Made by a program: the position numbers and the translations under genes. The notes beneath the pieces are model-generated. The model did no database searches. It was given only the letters and a program-made list of their open reading frames with translations, and was not told where the DNA came from. 64,000 nucleotides of DNA, taken from an uncultured Gaiellaceae bacterium. Lineage in GTDB: Bacteria; Actinomycetota; Thermoleophilia; Gaiellales; Gaiellaceae. Shown piece by piece: positions 1 to 8,731 of the stretch (positions within the stretch are counted from its first letter, which is position 1; each line of letters opens with the position of its first letter). The stretch covers positions 20,805 to 84,804 of the forward strand of contig CAWDSX010000024.1 of assembly GCA_963805135.1 (NCBI GenBank), given 5' to 3'.

Positions 1-24
1 CTAAACGGCTAGCCTCCCGCGGCG

Positions 25-795
25 GTGGCGGGAACACATGTCGCGGTCGTGACGGGAGCGTCGACGGGGATCGGCGAGGCGATCGCGCGCGAGCTCGCCC
101 GCAAGGGATGGCACTGCGTGCTCCTCGCGCGTCGCGCCGACCAGCTCGAGCGCGTTGCAGGGGAGATCGGGAGCGAATGGGAGATCTGCGACGTCTCCGA
201 TCGCGCTCAGGTGGACGCTGTCGCGGCACGCGTCCGCGAACGCCATCCGGCGATCGACCTGCTCGTGAACAACGCCGGCGTGCCGGCGCGTGGAAGCTTC
301 CTCGACGTCGACCCCGAGGTCGTCGAGCGGGCGATCCACATCAACTATCTCGGCGGCGTCTGGTGCCTCCGGGCCTTCGCGCCGGCGCTCCATGCCGGAG
401 CACACGTGGTGAACGTCGTGTCGGTCGCGGGAACCGTCGCGTTCGCACCTGCCGGTGCGTACGCGGCGTCGAAGCACGCGCAGCTCGCGTTCTCGCGATC
501 GGTCGCGGCACTGCTCCGGCCGCGGGGGATCCAGGTGCACACGATCATGCCCGGCTTCGTCGAGACCGAAGGCTTCCCCCAGCGCTCGAAGCTCCGCAGC
601 CCCTTCATGCGCCGCTTCGTGATCGACCCCGAGGACGTCGCCCGCGCGGTCGTGAAGGCGATCGAACGTGGCACGCCGGAGGTGACGGTGCCGTGGTTCC
701 CGTACCGCATCTCCGCTCTCGCCCAGGCAGTGATGCCTCGGATCTTCTCGCGGCTCGTCGCGCGCCGCGCCGGCGAGCATCGCGACGGAAGCTAG
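25..795 (+). CDS. SDR-family oxidoreductase
   Basis: Intact 256-aa ORF with a GTG start. It has the TGASTGIG dinucleotide-binding motif, NNAG, and the catalytic YAASK. Confidence 0.9.
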   Translation: MAGTHVAVVTGASTGIGEAIARELARKGWHCVLLARRADQLERVAGEIGSEWEICDVSDRAQVDAVAARVRERHPAIDLLVNNAGVPARGSFLDVDPEVVERAIHINYLGGVWCLRAFAPALHAGAHVVNVVSVAGTVAFAPAGAYAASKHAQLAFSRSVAALLRPRGIQVHTIMPGFVETEGFPQRSKLRSPFMRRFVIDPEDVARAVVKAIERGTPEVTVPWFPYRISALAQAVMPRIFSRLVARRAGEHRDGS

Positions 796-1469
796 ACGCC
801 GGGCTTTCGGGCCACGTACCAGCCCACCTCGATCTCGTGGGGCTGCGCCGGCGCCGGGCCTCGGATCCGCGCCCGCTCCTCCTCGTCGAGGCCCGCCAGC
901 TCGAGACGCTGCTCGAGATCGACGCTCTCGCGCGTGACCTCGGAGGAGAGGAGCACGAGGTCGTTCGCGTCGAGGAAGCCGCGGATGTCGGCCTCCGGCA
1001 GGAGCCGCTGGTGGGTCGGGTCGCGCAGCCGCTCGAAGCGGTCCATCTCGAGGCTCACGAGCGGGTCGACCGAGCCGAGCTGGTCGGCGATGAACAGCTT
1101 CCCACCGGGACGGGTGACGCGAGCGAGCTCGGAGACCGCGAGGGCGGGCAGGCGGACGTGATGAAGGACGCGGTGGCAGCACGTGAGGTCGAACTCGGCA
1201 TAGCCGAACGGAAGCTGCATGACGTCGCCCTCGAGGAGCCGGACGTTGGCGGGCGCGTTCGCCCGACCCGCCTCGAGGTAGTCGGCGCGCGTGTCGACGC
1301 CGACGGCCTCGGCGACGTGCGGAGCGAGCGCCAAGGCGACGGACCCCGTTCCGCAGCCGGCGTCGAGTGCGACCTCGTTGCCGGTGAACGGCCCGAGCAG
1401 GCGTCGCAGACGATCGGCGAGATCGGCGGCTCGCTCCTCCTGGAGAGCGAGCCGGAGATCGACGCTCAC
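792..1469 (-). CDS. class I SAM-dependent methyltransferase
   Basis: 225 aa at the C-terminal end of ORF 792..2390. It has LDAGCGTG motif I and PGGKLFI. The GTG start overlaps the cca stop as GTGA. Confidence 0.85.
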   Translation of the reverse strand: MSVDLRLALQEERAADLADRLRRLLGPFTGNEVALDAGCGTGSVALALAPHVAEAVGVDTRADYLEAGRANAPANVRLLEGDVMQLPFGYAEFDLTCCHRVLHHVRLPALAVSELARVTRPGGKLFIADQLGSVDPLVSLEMDRFERLRDPTHQRLLPEADIRGFLDANDLVLLSSEVTRESVDLEQRLELAGLDEEERARIRGPAPAQPHEIEVGWYVARKPGV

Positions 1470-2497
1470 GCCTCGTCTCCTTTCGCGAGGGCGCGCGCGA
1501 GCTCGAGGGCCTCCTCGCGCGTCGAGATCGTCCCCGCTGCCCGCTCCTCGTCGATGGCGTCGAGGATACGTCCGATCTCCGGGCCGGGATCGAGACCGAG
1601 CTCGTCCCCCCGGACGAGCGGGGCGGGCGGATCGGCGCCACGCGCCGCCTCCACGACGCCGACGAGCCCCCGCTCGCCGACGAACGCCAGTGCATCGAGC
1701 GCCCAGGGCTCGGTCTCGCGGCGGAAGCGGTGGATCGCACGCGGCGACGGGTCGTCGGGCTTGCGCGCCCGCAGGAGCGCCGCGGAGTAGCGCTTGAGCT
1801 CGTTGGAGATGGGGAGTCTCGCGAGGCCCTTTCCGAACACGACGACGAGTCGGAAGTTGGGGTCGTCGAACGCGTCGAGCCGCTCGTCCAGCGTACCCCC
1901 GAGCGGCTCGAGCAGGCCGACGTCGTCGAGGCGGCGGTAGCCGTCCGCGGTCAGACGGTGCAGCTCGGCGAGCACGCGCTCTCCGGCGGGCTCGGTCACC
2001 AGCGCGGTTGACCCGCGCAGGAGCGACTCGGTGCGCTCGTCCATGCGGAAGCCGAGCTCGTCCTCGAAGCGGACGGCGCGCAGCAGCCGGAGCGGGTCGT
2101 CGGCGAAGACCGTGTCCGTCACGGCCCGTACGACTCCGGCGCGAAGATCGCCGCGGCCGTCGTGCGGGTCGTACGGAGCACCGGTGGCCACTCTCTCGGC
2201 GATCGCATTGAAGGTGAAGTCGCGCGTCGCGAGATCGGCGTCGATCCCGTCCTGAAGCGGCGTGAAGTCCACGGTCTCGTCGATGCCGTCCGCGACGACG
2301 CGCCAGGCACCGTGTCGCTCGGAGAGCGGGAACACGGCGCCGCCGAAGCGGCGCGCGAACCGGTGCGCGGCATCGCGTGGATCCGAGCATGCGACGTCGA
2401 TGTCGAGCACGGGGCGCAGGAGCAATTCGTCGCGCACGGCGCCGCCCACGACCCAGGCGTCCTCGCCGCCCAGGATCTCCTGGACGCGATCATCCAT
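1466..2497 (-). CDS. cca: CCA-adding tRNA nucleotidyltransferase / poly(A) polymerase family protein
   Basis: Intact 343-aa ORF. It has the GGAVRDELL and DIDVA pol-beta nucleotidyltransferase head motifs. No HD domain is present. Confidence 0.8.
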   Translation of the reverse strand: MDDRVQEILGGEDAWVVGGAVRDELLLRPVLDIDVACSDPRDAAHRFARRFGGAVFPLSERHGAWRVVADGIDETVDFTPLQDGIDADLATRDFTFNAIAERVATGAPYDPHDGRGDLRAGVVRAVTDTVFADDPLRLLRAVRFEDELGFRMDERTESLLRGSTALVTEPAGERVLAELHRLTADGYRRLDDVGLLEPLGGTLDERLDAFDDPNFRLVVVFGKGLARLPISNELKRYSAALLRARKPDDPSPRAIHRFRRETEPWALDALAFVGERGLVGVVEAARGADPPAPLVRGDELGLDPGPEIGRILDAIDEERAAGTISTREEALELARALAKGDEA

Positions 2498-3510
2498 CGA
2501 CGGCGACCCGCCGGGCGCGTCCCGAGCGCGTGTTGAGACCCGTCGCGATCTCGTAGCCGATCGTTCCCGCGACGCCGGCGTGCTCCTCGATCCGGATCCC
2601 CGTCGCCGACGAGCGTCACGGGTGCGCCCGCGGGAACCTCGGAGTCGAGCAGCACCGCAAGCGCGTCCATCGAGATCGTCCCGACCACGCGGCGGCGACG
2701 TCCGTCCACGAGCACCTCCGTACCAGTCATGTCACGCCGGAAGCCATCCGCGTAGCCGACGGGGACGATGCCGATCCAGGTCGCGCGGTCGGCGACGTAG
2801 CGTCGACCGTAGCCGGTGCTCTCCCCTGGCTCGAGCCGCTTGACGAGCGCGAGGTAGGACTCCCAGCGAAGCGCGGGCTCGAGCCCCTCGTCCGCCGGAT
2901 CCGCGCCGAAGGGCGAGATCCCGTAGAGCGCGATCCCGCAGCGGACCGCGTCGAAGCGCGCCTCGGCGTAGCGGAGCGTCGCGGCGCTGTTCGCGAGATG
3001 CCGTGTGAGCGCGCCGAGCTGCGCCGTCGCCTCGCGGAAGCGCTCGACCTGGAGCTGTGTGAAGGCGGGATCCGCCTCGGCGGACGCGAGGTGGCTCATG
3101 ACGCCGACGACCTCACGCGTCGGTGCGGGGATCTCGGAGAGTCCCCAGCGGCCCATCCCGGTATCGACCTTGAGATGGACCTTCACCCCCTCCGGGATCC
3201 GGCCGTCCGCCGCGACGAGCTCGAGCCGCGCGACGCGAGCTTCGCCGATTTCGCGCTCGGAGACGGGCCCCATGACGACGATGCGGGCGTTGCGAAGCGC
3301 CGCGCGCAGGTGGAGGGCCTCGGGCAGCGTCGCGACGCAGAGCGCGGTCGCACCGGCGTCGAGCGCCGCCTTCGAGACGTCGACCGCGCCGTGGCCGTAG
3401 CCCTCGGCCTTGACGACGGCCCACAGCTCGGCTCCCCCCGCCGCGCGGAGCAGCGTCTCGGCGTTCCGCCGGATCGCGCCGAGATCGAGGGTGAAGCTGG
3501 ACCGCTCCAC
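2490..3510 (-). CDS. alr: alanine racemase, with one frame disruption near the 3' end
   Basis: GTG start gives MERSSFTLDLGAIRRN; VVKAEGYGHG is the PLP-lysine motif. After VTLVGDG the conserved tail IRIEEHAGVAGTIGYEIATGL continues in another frame at the CCCC run 2598-2601. The shifted-frame stop overlaps the cca ATG. Confidence 0.85.
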
Positions 3511-3719
3511 GCGGCCATTCTCTACTGGATCTGCGTCTCGCAGGAGGCGTTGAACGTGTCCGTACCCCGCCGCCGATGCAGACGTCAATGCTGGACGCCG
3601 TGACGCCGACACCGACCCCGAGCACCGTTGAGCGTGAAGGCGACGCTGTCGATACTGGACGGGTGGCCGCCAGCGTGTAGGCGACGCCCGAGACGGTGTA
3701 CCCGCTGATCGTTCCCGCG

Positions 3720-5090
3720 TCAGGCCTCGAGCGCAGCAGGCAGCAGCCCGAGAAGGTCTCCGGCGACCAGCCCGGTCGTGTGCTCCGCGAGCCTCGCGGC
3801 GCACCCGTGAGCGATCGCCGCCGCCGCGCCAGCCGTGGCCGCGTCCAGCCGCTTCGAGAGAAATGCCGCGACGACGCCGGTCAGGACGTCGCCCGTCCCG
3901 GCCGTGGCGAGCGCGGGCGGTCCGAGGTCGCAGACGACGACGGTGCCGTCGGGCGAGGCGACCAGCGTGTCCTGACCCTTGAGGAGCACGGTCGCGCCGA
4001 AGCGGCCGGCGGCGGCCCGCGCTGCCTCGAGGCGATGCTCGCCGACCCAGTTCGAGTCGCGATCGAGCAGCCGCGCGAGCTCGCCCGCGTGCGGCGTGAG
4101 TACCGTCGCCGCCGCGCGTGACACCGGCTCCAGGCCGAACAGCGCGTCGGCGTCGACGACCGCCGGCACGTCCAGCCGCTCGAGCAGGGCGCGGACGAGC
4201 TCCCGCCGGCCCGGCCCGCGGCCGAGGCCCGGCCCGAGCGCGAGAGCGCTCGCGCGCCCGGCGGCCGCGGCGATCGTCTCGACGGCGTCGCTCTCCTCCC
4301 AACCGACCTTTACCGGCTCGAGCGCGATCGCCTCGGCGGTTGCGAGCGCTGCCGCCGGGACGGCGAGCGTGACGTAGCCGGCGTCCGCGCGCAGCGACGC
4401 CATCGCGGTCAGACAGGCGGCACTCGTCATGCCGGGCTGCCCGCCGACCACGAGGACGCTGCCCGCGCTGTACTTCGTATCGCCGGCGCTTCTGCGCGGG
4501 ACGACGTCGAGAAGCGCCGGCGTCGCACGCGTCAGCTCCGTCCCGCTCGCCTCGAGCCCGATGTCGGCGACGACCACGCGTCCCGCGTGGAACCGCCCCG
4601 GGCCTACCGCCAGGCCGACCTTCGAAGCATGGAACGTCACCGTGAGATCCGCGTCGACGACGGCGCCCGCGATCTCTCCCGTCGACGCGTCGACGCCCGA
4701 CGGAAGGTCAACCGAGACGACAGCCGCCGGTGAGTCGTTGATCCGCTCGATGATCGCGGCGGTGTCCGGACGAGGCGCACCGTGGAAGCCGGTGCCGAAG
4801 AGCGCGTCGACCACCACGTCGTAGTCGCCGAGACCGTCGTCGATCTCGTCCGCGACGTGGCCGGCGTCGCGGAGCACGCGCGCCGCGACCCGTCCGTCGC
4901 CGCCGTTCGAGCCGCCGCCGCACACGCAAGCAAAGCGGGTCGCCGACGGGTACGCGAGCATCGCCTCACGGGCGACAGCGCCGCCGGCGCGTTCCATCAG
5001 CTCGGGGATGGTGTCGGGGTAGCCTGGGTAGCGCTCCTCGGCCGCGCGCATCTCGGCGGCCGAGTACAGAGACTCGTAGCGGCTAGCCAT
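3720..5090 (-). CDS. nnr: bifunctional NAD(P)H-hydrate repair enzyme (epimerase/dehydratase)
   Basis: Intact 456-aa ORF. The N-terminal half is YjeF_N-like (GGGSNGGDG) and the C-terminal half is a carbohydrate-kinase-like dehydratase (GTGDVLTG). Confidence 0.9.
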   Translation of the reverse strand: MASRYESLYSAAEMRAAEERYPGYPDTIPELMERAGGAVAREAMLAYPSATRFACVCGGGSNGGDGRVAARVLRDAGHVADEIDDGLGDYDVVVDALFGTGFHGAPRPDTAAIIERINDSPAAVVSVDLPSGVDASTGEIAGAVVDADLTVTFHASKVGLAVGPGRFHAGRVVVADIGLEASGTELTRATPALLDVVPRRSAGDTKYSAGSVLVVGGQPGMTSAACLTAMASLRADAGYVTLAVPAAALATAEAIALEPVKVGWEESDAVETIAAAAGRASALALGPGLGRGPGRRELVRALLERLDVPAVVDADALFGLEPVSRAAATVLTPHAGELARLLDRDSNWVGEHRLEAARAAAGRFGATVLLKGQDTLVASPDGTVVVCDLGPPALATAGTGDVLTGVVAAFLSKRLDAATAGAAAAIAHGCAARLAEHTTGLVAGDLLGLLPAALEA

Positions 5091-5448
5091 CCTCGCGCGG
5101 CGAGACGACCGCGACGGCCGCAGCGAGCTCGCGCGAGTGCGTCATCGAGAGGTCGATCAGGCCCGCTTGCACCCGCTCCGCATACGCGGCGGTCCTCCCC
5201 GAGAGGCGCACGCCCGGCTTCGGACGGCCGACGATCTCGATCTCCTTCCAGGTGAAGCGAACACCGCAGCCGAGCGCCTTGCCGACAGCCTCCTTGCCGG
5301 CGAACCGCCCCGCGTAGCTCTGCGCAGGACGCGCGCGAGAGTCGCAGTACTCGCGCTCGGCGTCCGTGAAGCAGCGCTCGCGGAAGCCCGGCCGCGCGAG
5401 CGCGCGCTCGATCCGCTCGATCTCGATGATGTCGATGCCCACTTTCAC
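5083..5448 (-). CDS. acpS: holo-ACP synthase
   Basis: VGIDIIEIERI is a 4'-phosphopantetheinyl transferase motif. Candidate GTG starts lie at 5448 and 5442, just after the upstream stop. Confidence 0.85.
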   Translation of the reverse strand: MKVGIDIIEIERIERALARPGFRERCFTDAEREYCDSRARPAQSYAGRFAGKEAVGKALGCGVRFTWKEIEIVGRPKPGVRLSGRTAAYAERVQAGLIDLSMTHSRELAAAVAVVSPREDG

Positions 5449-5449
5449 C

Positions 5450-6247
5450 TCACGGTGCCCAGCCGCCGCCCGCCAGGTCCTCCTCGAGCAGCGCCGGGAA
5501 GTGAGCAAGCGACGACACGATGACGTCCGGAGTGGTCTCGGCCGACTCGAGCGCTTCGGGCCTGAACTTGCCCGTCCGGACGAGCGCGGTCTTCATCCCG
5601 AACAGACGTGCGCCACGCACGTCGGCGTCGACGTCGTCGGTGACGAGCCACGTCAGCTCGGGCTCGGCGTCGAGCGCGTCGAGCGCAGCGGCGAAGTACG
5701 AGGGGCTCGGCTTGCCGAGCACCGTCGCCTCGACGCCGGTCGTGTACTCGAGCCCGGCGACGAACGCACCCGAATCGAGCATCGGCCCTCGGCTCGTCTG
5801 CCACCACTTGTTCTTGTGCAGGCAGTACAGCGCCGCTCCCATCTGGATCTCGTCGAACGCGCGGGCGAGGTTCATGTAGCTGAAGACCTGGTTCGGCTCG
5901 AGCGTCTCGTCGCACCCACCGATGAGCACGGCGTCCGCGTGATCGCCGACGAGCTCGAGCGGGTCGAGGTCGGGGACGATCGAAGGCATGACGAGCGCGA
6001 GCACGCGCTTGCCCTCGAGCTGGCTGACCGCGGCGCCGGGCGTCGTCTGGAGCTCCTCGTCGTCGAGCGTGAAGCCCATCTCGCGCAACTCGCCCGCGAG
6101 GCGGGAGCGCGGCCGGGTCGAATTGTTCGTGACGTAGCGGAGCGCGTGTCCGGCCCGGCGGAGCGCCGAGATCGCGTCCGCCGCGCCCGGAATGGGGTCT
6201 CCGGAGACGTGCAGAACGCCGTCGACGTCGAGCAGAATGCACGCCAT
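5450..6247 (-). CDS. HAD-superfamily subfamily IIA hydrolase
   Basis: Intact 265-aa ORF with LLDVDGVL motif I, YVTNNS, GKPSP and a late acidic DDVDAD motif. Confidence 0.85.
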   Translation of the reverse strand: MACILLDVDGVLHVSGDPIPGAADAISALRRAGHALRYVTNNSTRPRSRLAGELREMGFTLDDEELQTTPGAAVSQLEGKRVLALVMPSIVPDLDPLELVGDHADAVLIGGCDETLEPNQVFSYMNLARAFDEIQMGAALYCLHKNKWWQTSRGPMLDSGAFVAGLEYTTGVEATVLGKPSPSYFAAALDALDAEPELTWLVTDDVDADVRGARLFGMKTALVRTGKFRPEALESAETTPDVIVSSLAHFPALLEEDLAGGGWAP

Positions 6248-6442
6248 GGAGTCGGGTTCAGTTCTTCTCTGGTCGTCGAGCAGGCAACAGAAGTAGCAGC
6301 GTAATCGCTCGCAGGATCTCGCGACACGGCCTCCTACGCTGGTCGACGCTCTGGTTTCGAGTCAGCCCAACCGCAGCTCAGGTTTGGGGTGGTCGCGCGT
6401 GCGGGTACCCGCAGTCCGGCGAACGAGGAACAAGGAGGAGCG

Positions 6443-6508
6443 ATGTACATCGGTGGCGGCGTTCTTGCCGTAATCATCATCATCCTGTTGCTGATCTGGC
6501 TTCTCTAA
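6443..6508 (+). CDS. 21-aa hydrophobic small membrane peptide (MYIGGGVLAVIIIILLLIWLL)
   Basis: An ATG is preceded by AAGGAGGAG with 4-nt spacing, and a TAA stop follows. The peptide is a single predicted transmembrane helix. Confidence 0.4.
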   Translation: MYIGGGVLAVIIIILLLIWLL

Positions 6509-6759
6509 CCGGGCACGCTTCAGGACGCCTAGGTCTGCGAGCGTCGTCTCAAGCAGGGAGAGGTCCACGAGGACACGGTACTGCCACACGTTTTCCCTGC
6601 TCCTAGGGCGGAAATTCTCCGGTGCAAGCGGACCTGCGTTGACATCCGTTTCGTGCGGGCGGACACTCATCCCGGGCCGGGTGCTGCCCATTCCTGCGGC
6701 GATCCCCGAGGGGGGCATCGGCCCGCGGACTCCCCCACACCCGGCCCCTATTGCCCGCG

Positions 6760-6981
6760 CTAACGCGAGAGCCGAAAGCGGTCGAGCAGCGACTGGAGCC
6801 TCGACGTCTTCGTGTCTGAAATCCCGGTACCCGGTATCCCGACTGTGCGCCGTGCTTCACCGCGCGTGTTCGCGGACAGCTTCGCTCCGCGTGGCCCGAC
6901 GCTCGCGCCGACGCTCCGCTTGCTGATGTTCAGCCGCACGCCGGGAGCGATCTTCAGGCTCCGTCGGAAGCGCAATCCCAT
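6760..6981 (-). CDS. DUF4236-like protein
   Basis: The 73-aa sequence MGLRFRRSLKIAPGVRLNISKRSVGASVG...GIPGTG matches the N-terminal signature I recall for DUF4236. Confidence 0.55.
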   Translation of the reverse strand: MGLRFRRSLKIAPGVRLNISKRSVGASVGPRGAKLSANTRGEARRTVGIPGTGISDTKTSRLQSLLDRFRLSR

Positions 6982-7047
6982 TCACACATGATCGCTCCTG
7001 GCGTCAGCGTGTGTCGAACGAGCGAGAAGAGGACTACGCTCCATGCG

Positions 7048-7387
7048 ATGAGGCGCTACGTCCCGCTCGTCGTCGCCCCTCGTGCTCGCGCTCGTCGTCA
7101 CGGCATCTGCGAGCGCGACCGTGCGGACGGTGAGCTTCACCAAGGTCGTGTCCCCGAACGACTACGCGTCGCTCACCGTGAACGTCGCACCTCGCGCGCG
7201 CTGCACGATCAAGGTCGTCTATGACACCACGGTCTCCCACGCGAGAGGCCTCGGCGCGAAGACGGGCGGACGGATCACGTGGCGATGGAAGGTCGGGTCG
7301 AGCACGAACCCTGGCCGCTGGCCCGTCACGGTCGACTGCGGGAAGAGCGGGAAGCTGACGCTCCGATTGCGCGTGCTGCCCGACTAA
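7048..7387 (+). CDS. small secreted protein, with one frame disruption in the signal peptide
   Basis: Removing one C from the CCCC run at 7076-7079 turns ATG 7048 MRRYVPLVVA into a good signal peptide (LVLALVVTASASA). The mature part is the 7082..7387 ORF. Confidence 0.45.
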
Positions 7388-7399
7388 GACTTCGGACGC

Positions 7400-7753
7400 T
7401 CAGAGAGCGTGCTTGTTCAGTATTTCGAGAGCTCGATCTCGATCGGCCGCGTCCGTGAACGTCAGTTCCAGCTTGTGCTTGCGACCCGCCACCCAGAGGT
7501 TGATGCCCTTCGGCATGAAGTTCTCGGTGGTAAAGCCCGTCATCGCCCGATACGGGATGGACTCCATGTTCTCGCCTCGGACGACGATGAGGCGCTTTGA
7601 CGTAAACACCAAGTCCTTCCACATCATGACCTCCGCCGTACGGAACTCCGCTTCGACGGTCTCGTCTGGCTGAAGCTGGTCCTTGATCTTCTGTAGGCGC
7701 TGTGCCTCCTCGTCCTGTTTCTTCTGCTGTCGCTCGTCTCGCAGGGCATCCAA
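7400..7753 (-). CDS. bacterial PH-domain (bPH) protein
   Basis: 117 aa with a TTG start. The C-terminal segment VFTSKRLIVV...IPYRAMTGFTTE...LELTF fits the bacterial pleckstrin-homology fold. The N-terminus is a charged coil. Confidence 0.55.
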   Translation of the reverse strand: MDALRDERQQKKQDEEAQRLQKIKDQLQPDETVEAEFRTAEVMMWKDLVFTSKRLIVVRGENMESIPYRAMTGFTTENFMPKGINLWVAGRKHKLELTFTDAADRDRALEILNKHAL

Positions 7754-7834
7754 TGTGGCCCGCGCCTCGGCCTTGAATGCCTCGCTCTGCGCCTCCCTCG
7801 CTGCTTTGACGACCCAGACCGCTTCCCGGAGTAC

Positions 7835-8050
7835 GTGCAGCTCGCGCAGGACATCGAGCTTGCACTAGCGGAGCATGTAGCTGAACGCCTGGCGCGAATT
7901 GAGGCGGCCGCAAAATCTGACCCCCGGCTATGGACAGCAGACGCGTGGTATCTCGAAAGAACGCTGCCTGAAGAGTTCGGCAAGCGTGATCGAGTGCAGA
8001 TCGAAGCAAGTGCATCCTCTAGTTCAGGTAAACGAGGTCTTGCTGGTTGA
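7835..8050 (+). CDS. phage-related small protein or gene fragment
   Basis: 71 aa with a GTG start after GGAG. I recall the ADAWYLERTLPEEFGKRDRV motif from actinophage small-terminase-like proteins. Confidence 0.35.
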   Translation: MQLAQDIELALAEHVAERLARIEAAAKSDPRLWTADAWYLERTLPEEFGKRDRVQIEASASSSSGKRGLAG

Positions 8051-8186
8051 TGCTGAAGCGCGTGCTCAAGCACGTGAACTTCTTCAGCGTGTCGCAGGTA
8101 TCTACCCGAGGGCGAGATCGTTGAGCAGCGCCTCTTCAGATGTCAACCAAAACACGCAAATCTTTACATCTTCTCTCCCTCCCTCC

Positions 8187-8275
8187 GTTTGCGTGCTTGC
8201 AAACAAGAAAGTACCTGCATCTTCCCGGTATTTATCCGACGAATCTGCGCCTCGCTCGTTTGCACTCCGTTTGCA
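8187..8275. repeat. cluster of GTTTGCA/TGCAAAC half-sites (operator-like)
   Basis: An inverted pair GTTTGC-N6-GCAAAC lies at 8187-8204. Two direct CGTTTGCA copies 11 bp apart lie at 8257-8275. TTGCAAACAA recurs at 10469-10478. Confidence 0.5.
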
Positions 8276-8369
8276 GCGTCCCGCTATCGCTGTAGCAGTC
8301 AGCGATCTATGGACAGCGGCACATTAGGTATGTGCATGCTGCATGTCCCTTTATGTGTATCTAGTAGTG

Positions 8370-8400
8370 TAATGGTCAGCCTAATGGTCACCTATTGGTC
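8370..8400. repeat. three tandem iteron-like repeats
   Basis: TAATGGTCA (8370-8378), TAATGGTCA (8382-8390) and TATTGGTC (8393-8400) are spaced 11-12 bp apart. Confidence 0.55.
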
Positions 8401-8731
8401 CTTGCTACTTGTCGTGTCCATTTGCCATTTTCTCTTTGCAAAGGACGCCACAATGAGGAGGGGCCTTCCGGCCTAGAGCGTGGAGGGAGAGGGGGACTAG
8501 CGCTGACGCTAGCAGAGCCACATTCCAAGAGGCGGGCCCTAAGAAAGTGCCCACAGAAGACAAGGAGAAGGGGGCGCTAACGATCCAAGTGACGGGCCAG
8601 ACCATCACCGGACCTGAGGCGTGCAGCCCCCTCCTCCTGATATCGCGCGACTCCTCTCCCCGCCTGAGTTGCGCGTGTCGAGTTGATACCCAAGATGAGC
8701 GGCGAAGAAACGCGAACTGAAGGAGAGACAC

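Noticed and set aside
1-1790. 579-aa minus-strand and 560-aa plus-strand ORFs at the window start
   Set aside because: They are Arg/Pro/Ala-rich out-of-frame shadows of the SDR, methyltransferase and cca genes, and they contain no recognisable motifs.
6340-6400. Possible tRNA or tRNA 3' fragment as the integration target at the left island edge (GGTTTCGAGTC looks T-loop-like)
   Set aside because: I could not build acceptor, D or anticodon stems around it. The neighbouring GCGGGTACCCGC is just a short palindrome.
6362-6718. 118-aa minus-strand ORF overlapping the 21-aa peptide gene
   Set aside because: It has no ribosome-binding site and no recognisable domain. Part of it is simply the antisense reading of the hydrophobic peptide gene (an Asp/Gln run).
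8370-8400. CRISPR-like array
   Set aside because: There are only three 8-9-nt repeats with 2-3-nt spacers and no cas genes. The array fits protein-binding iterons instead.
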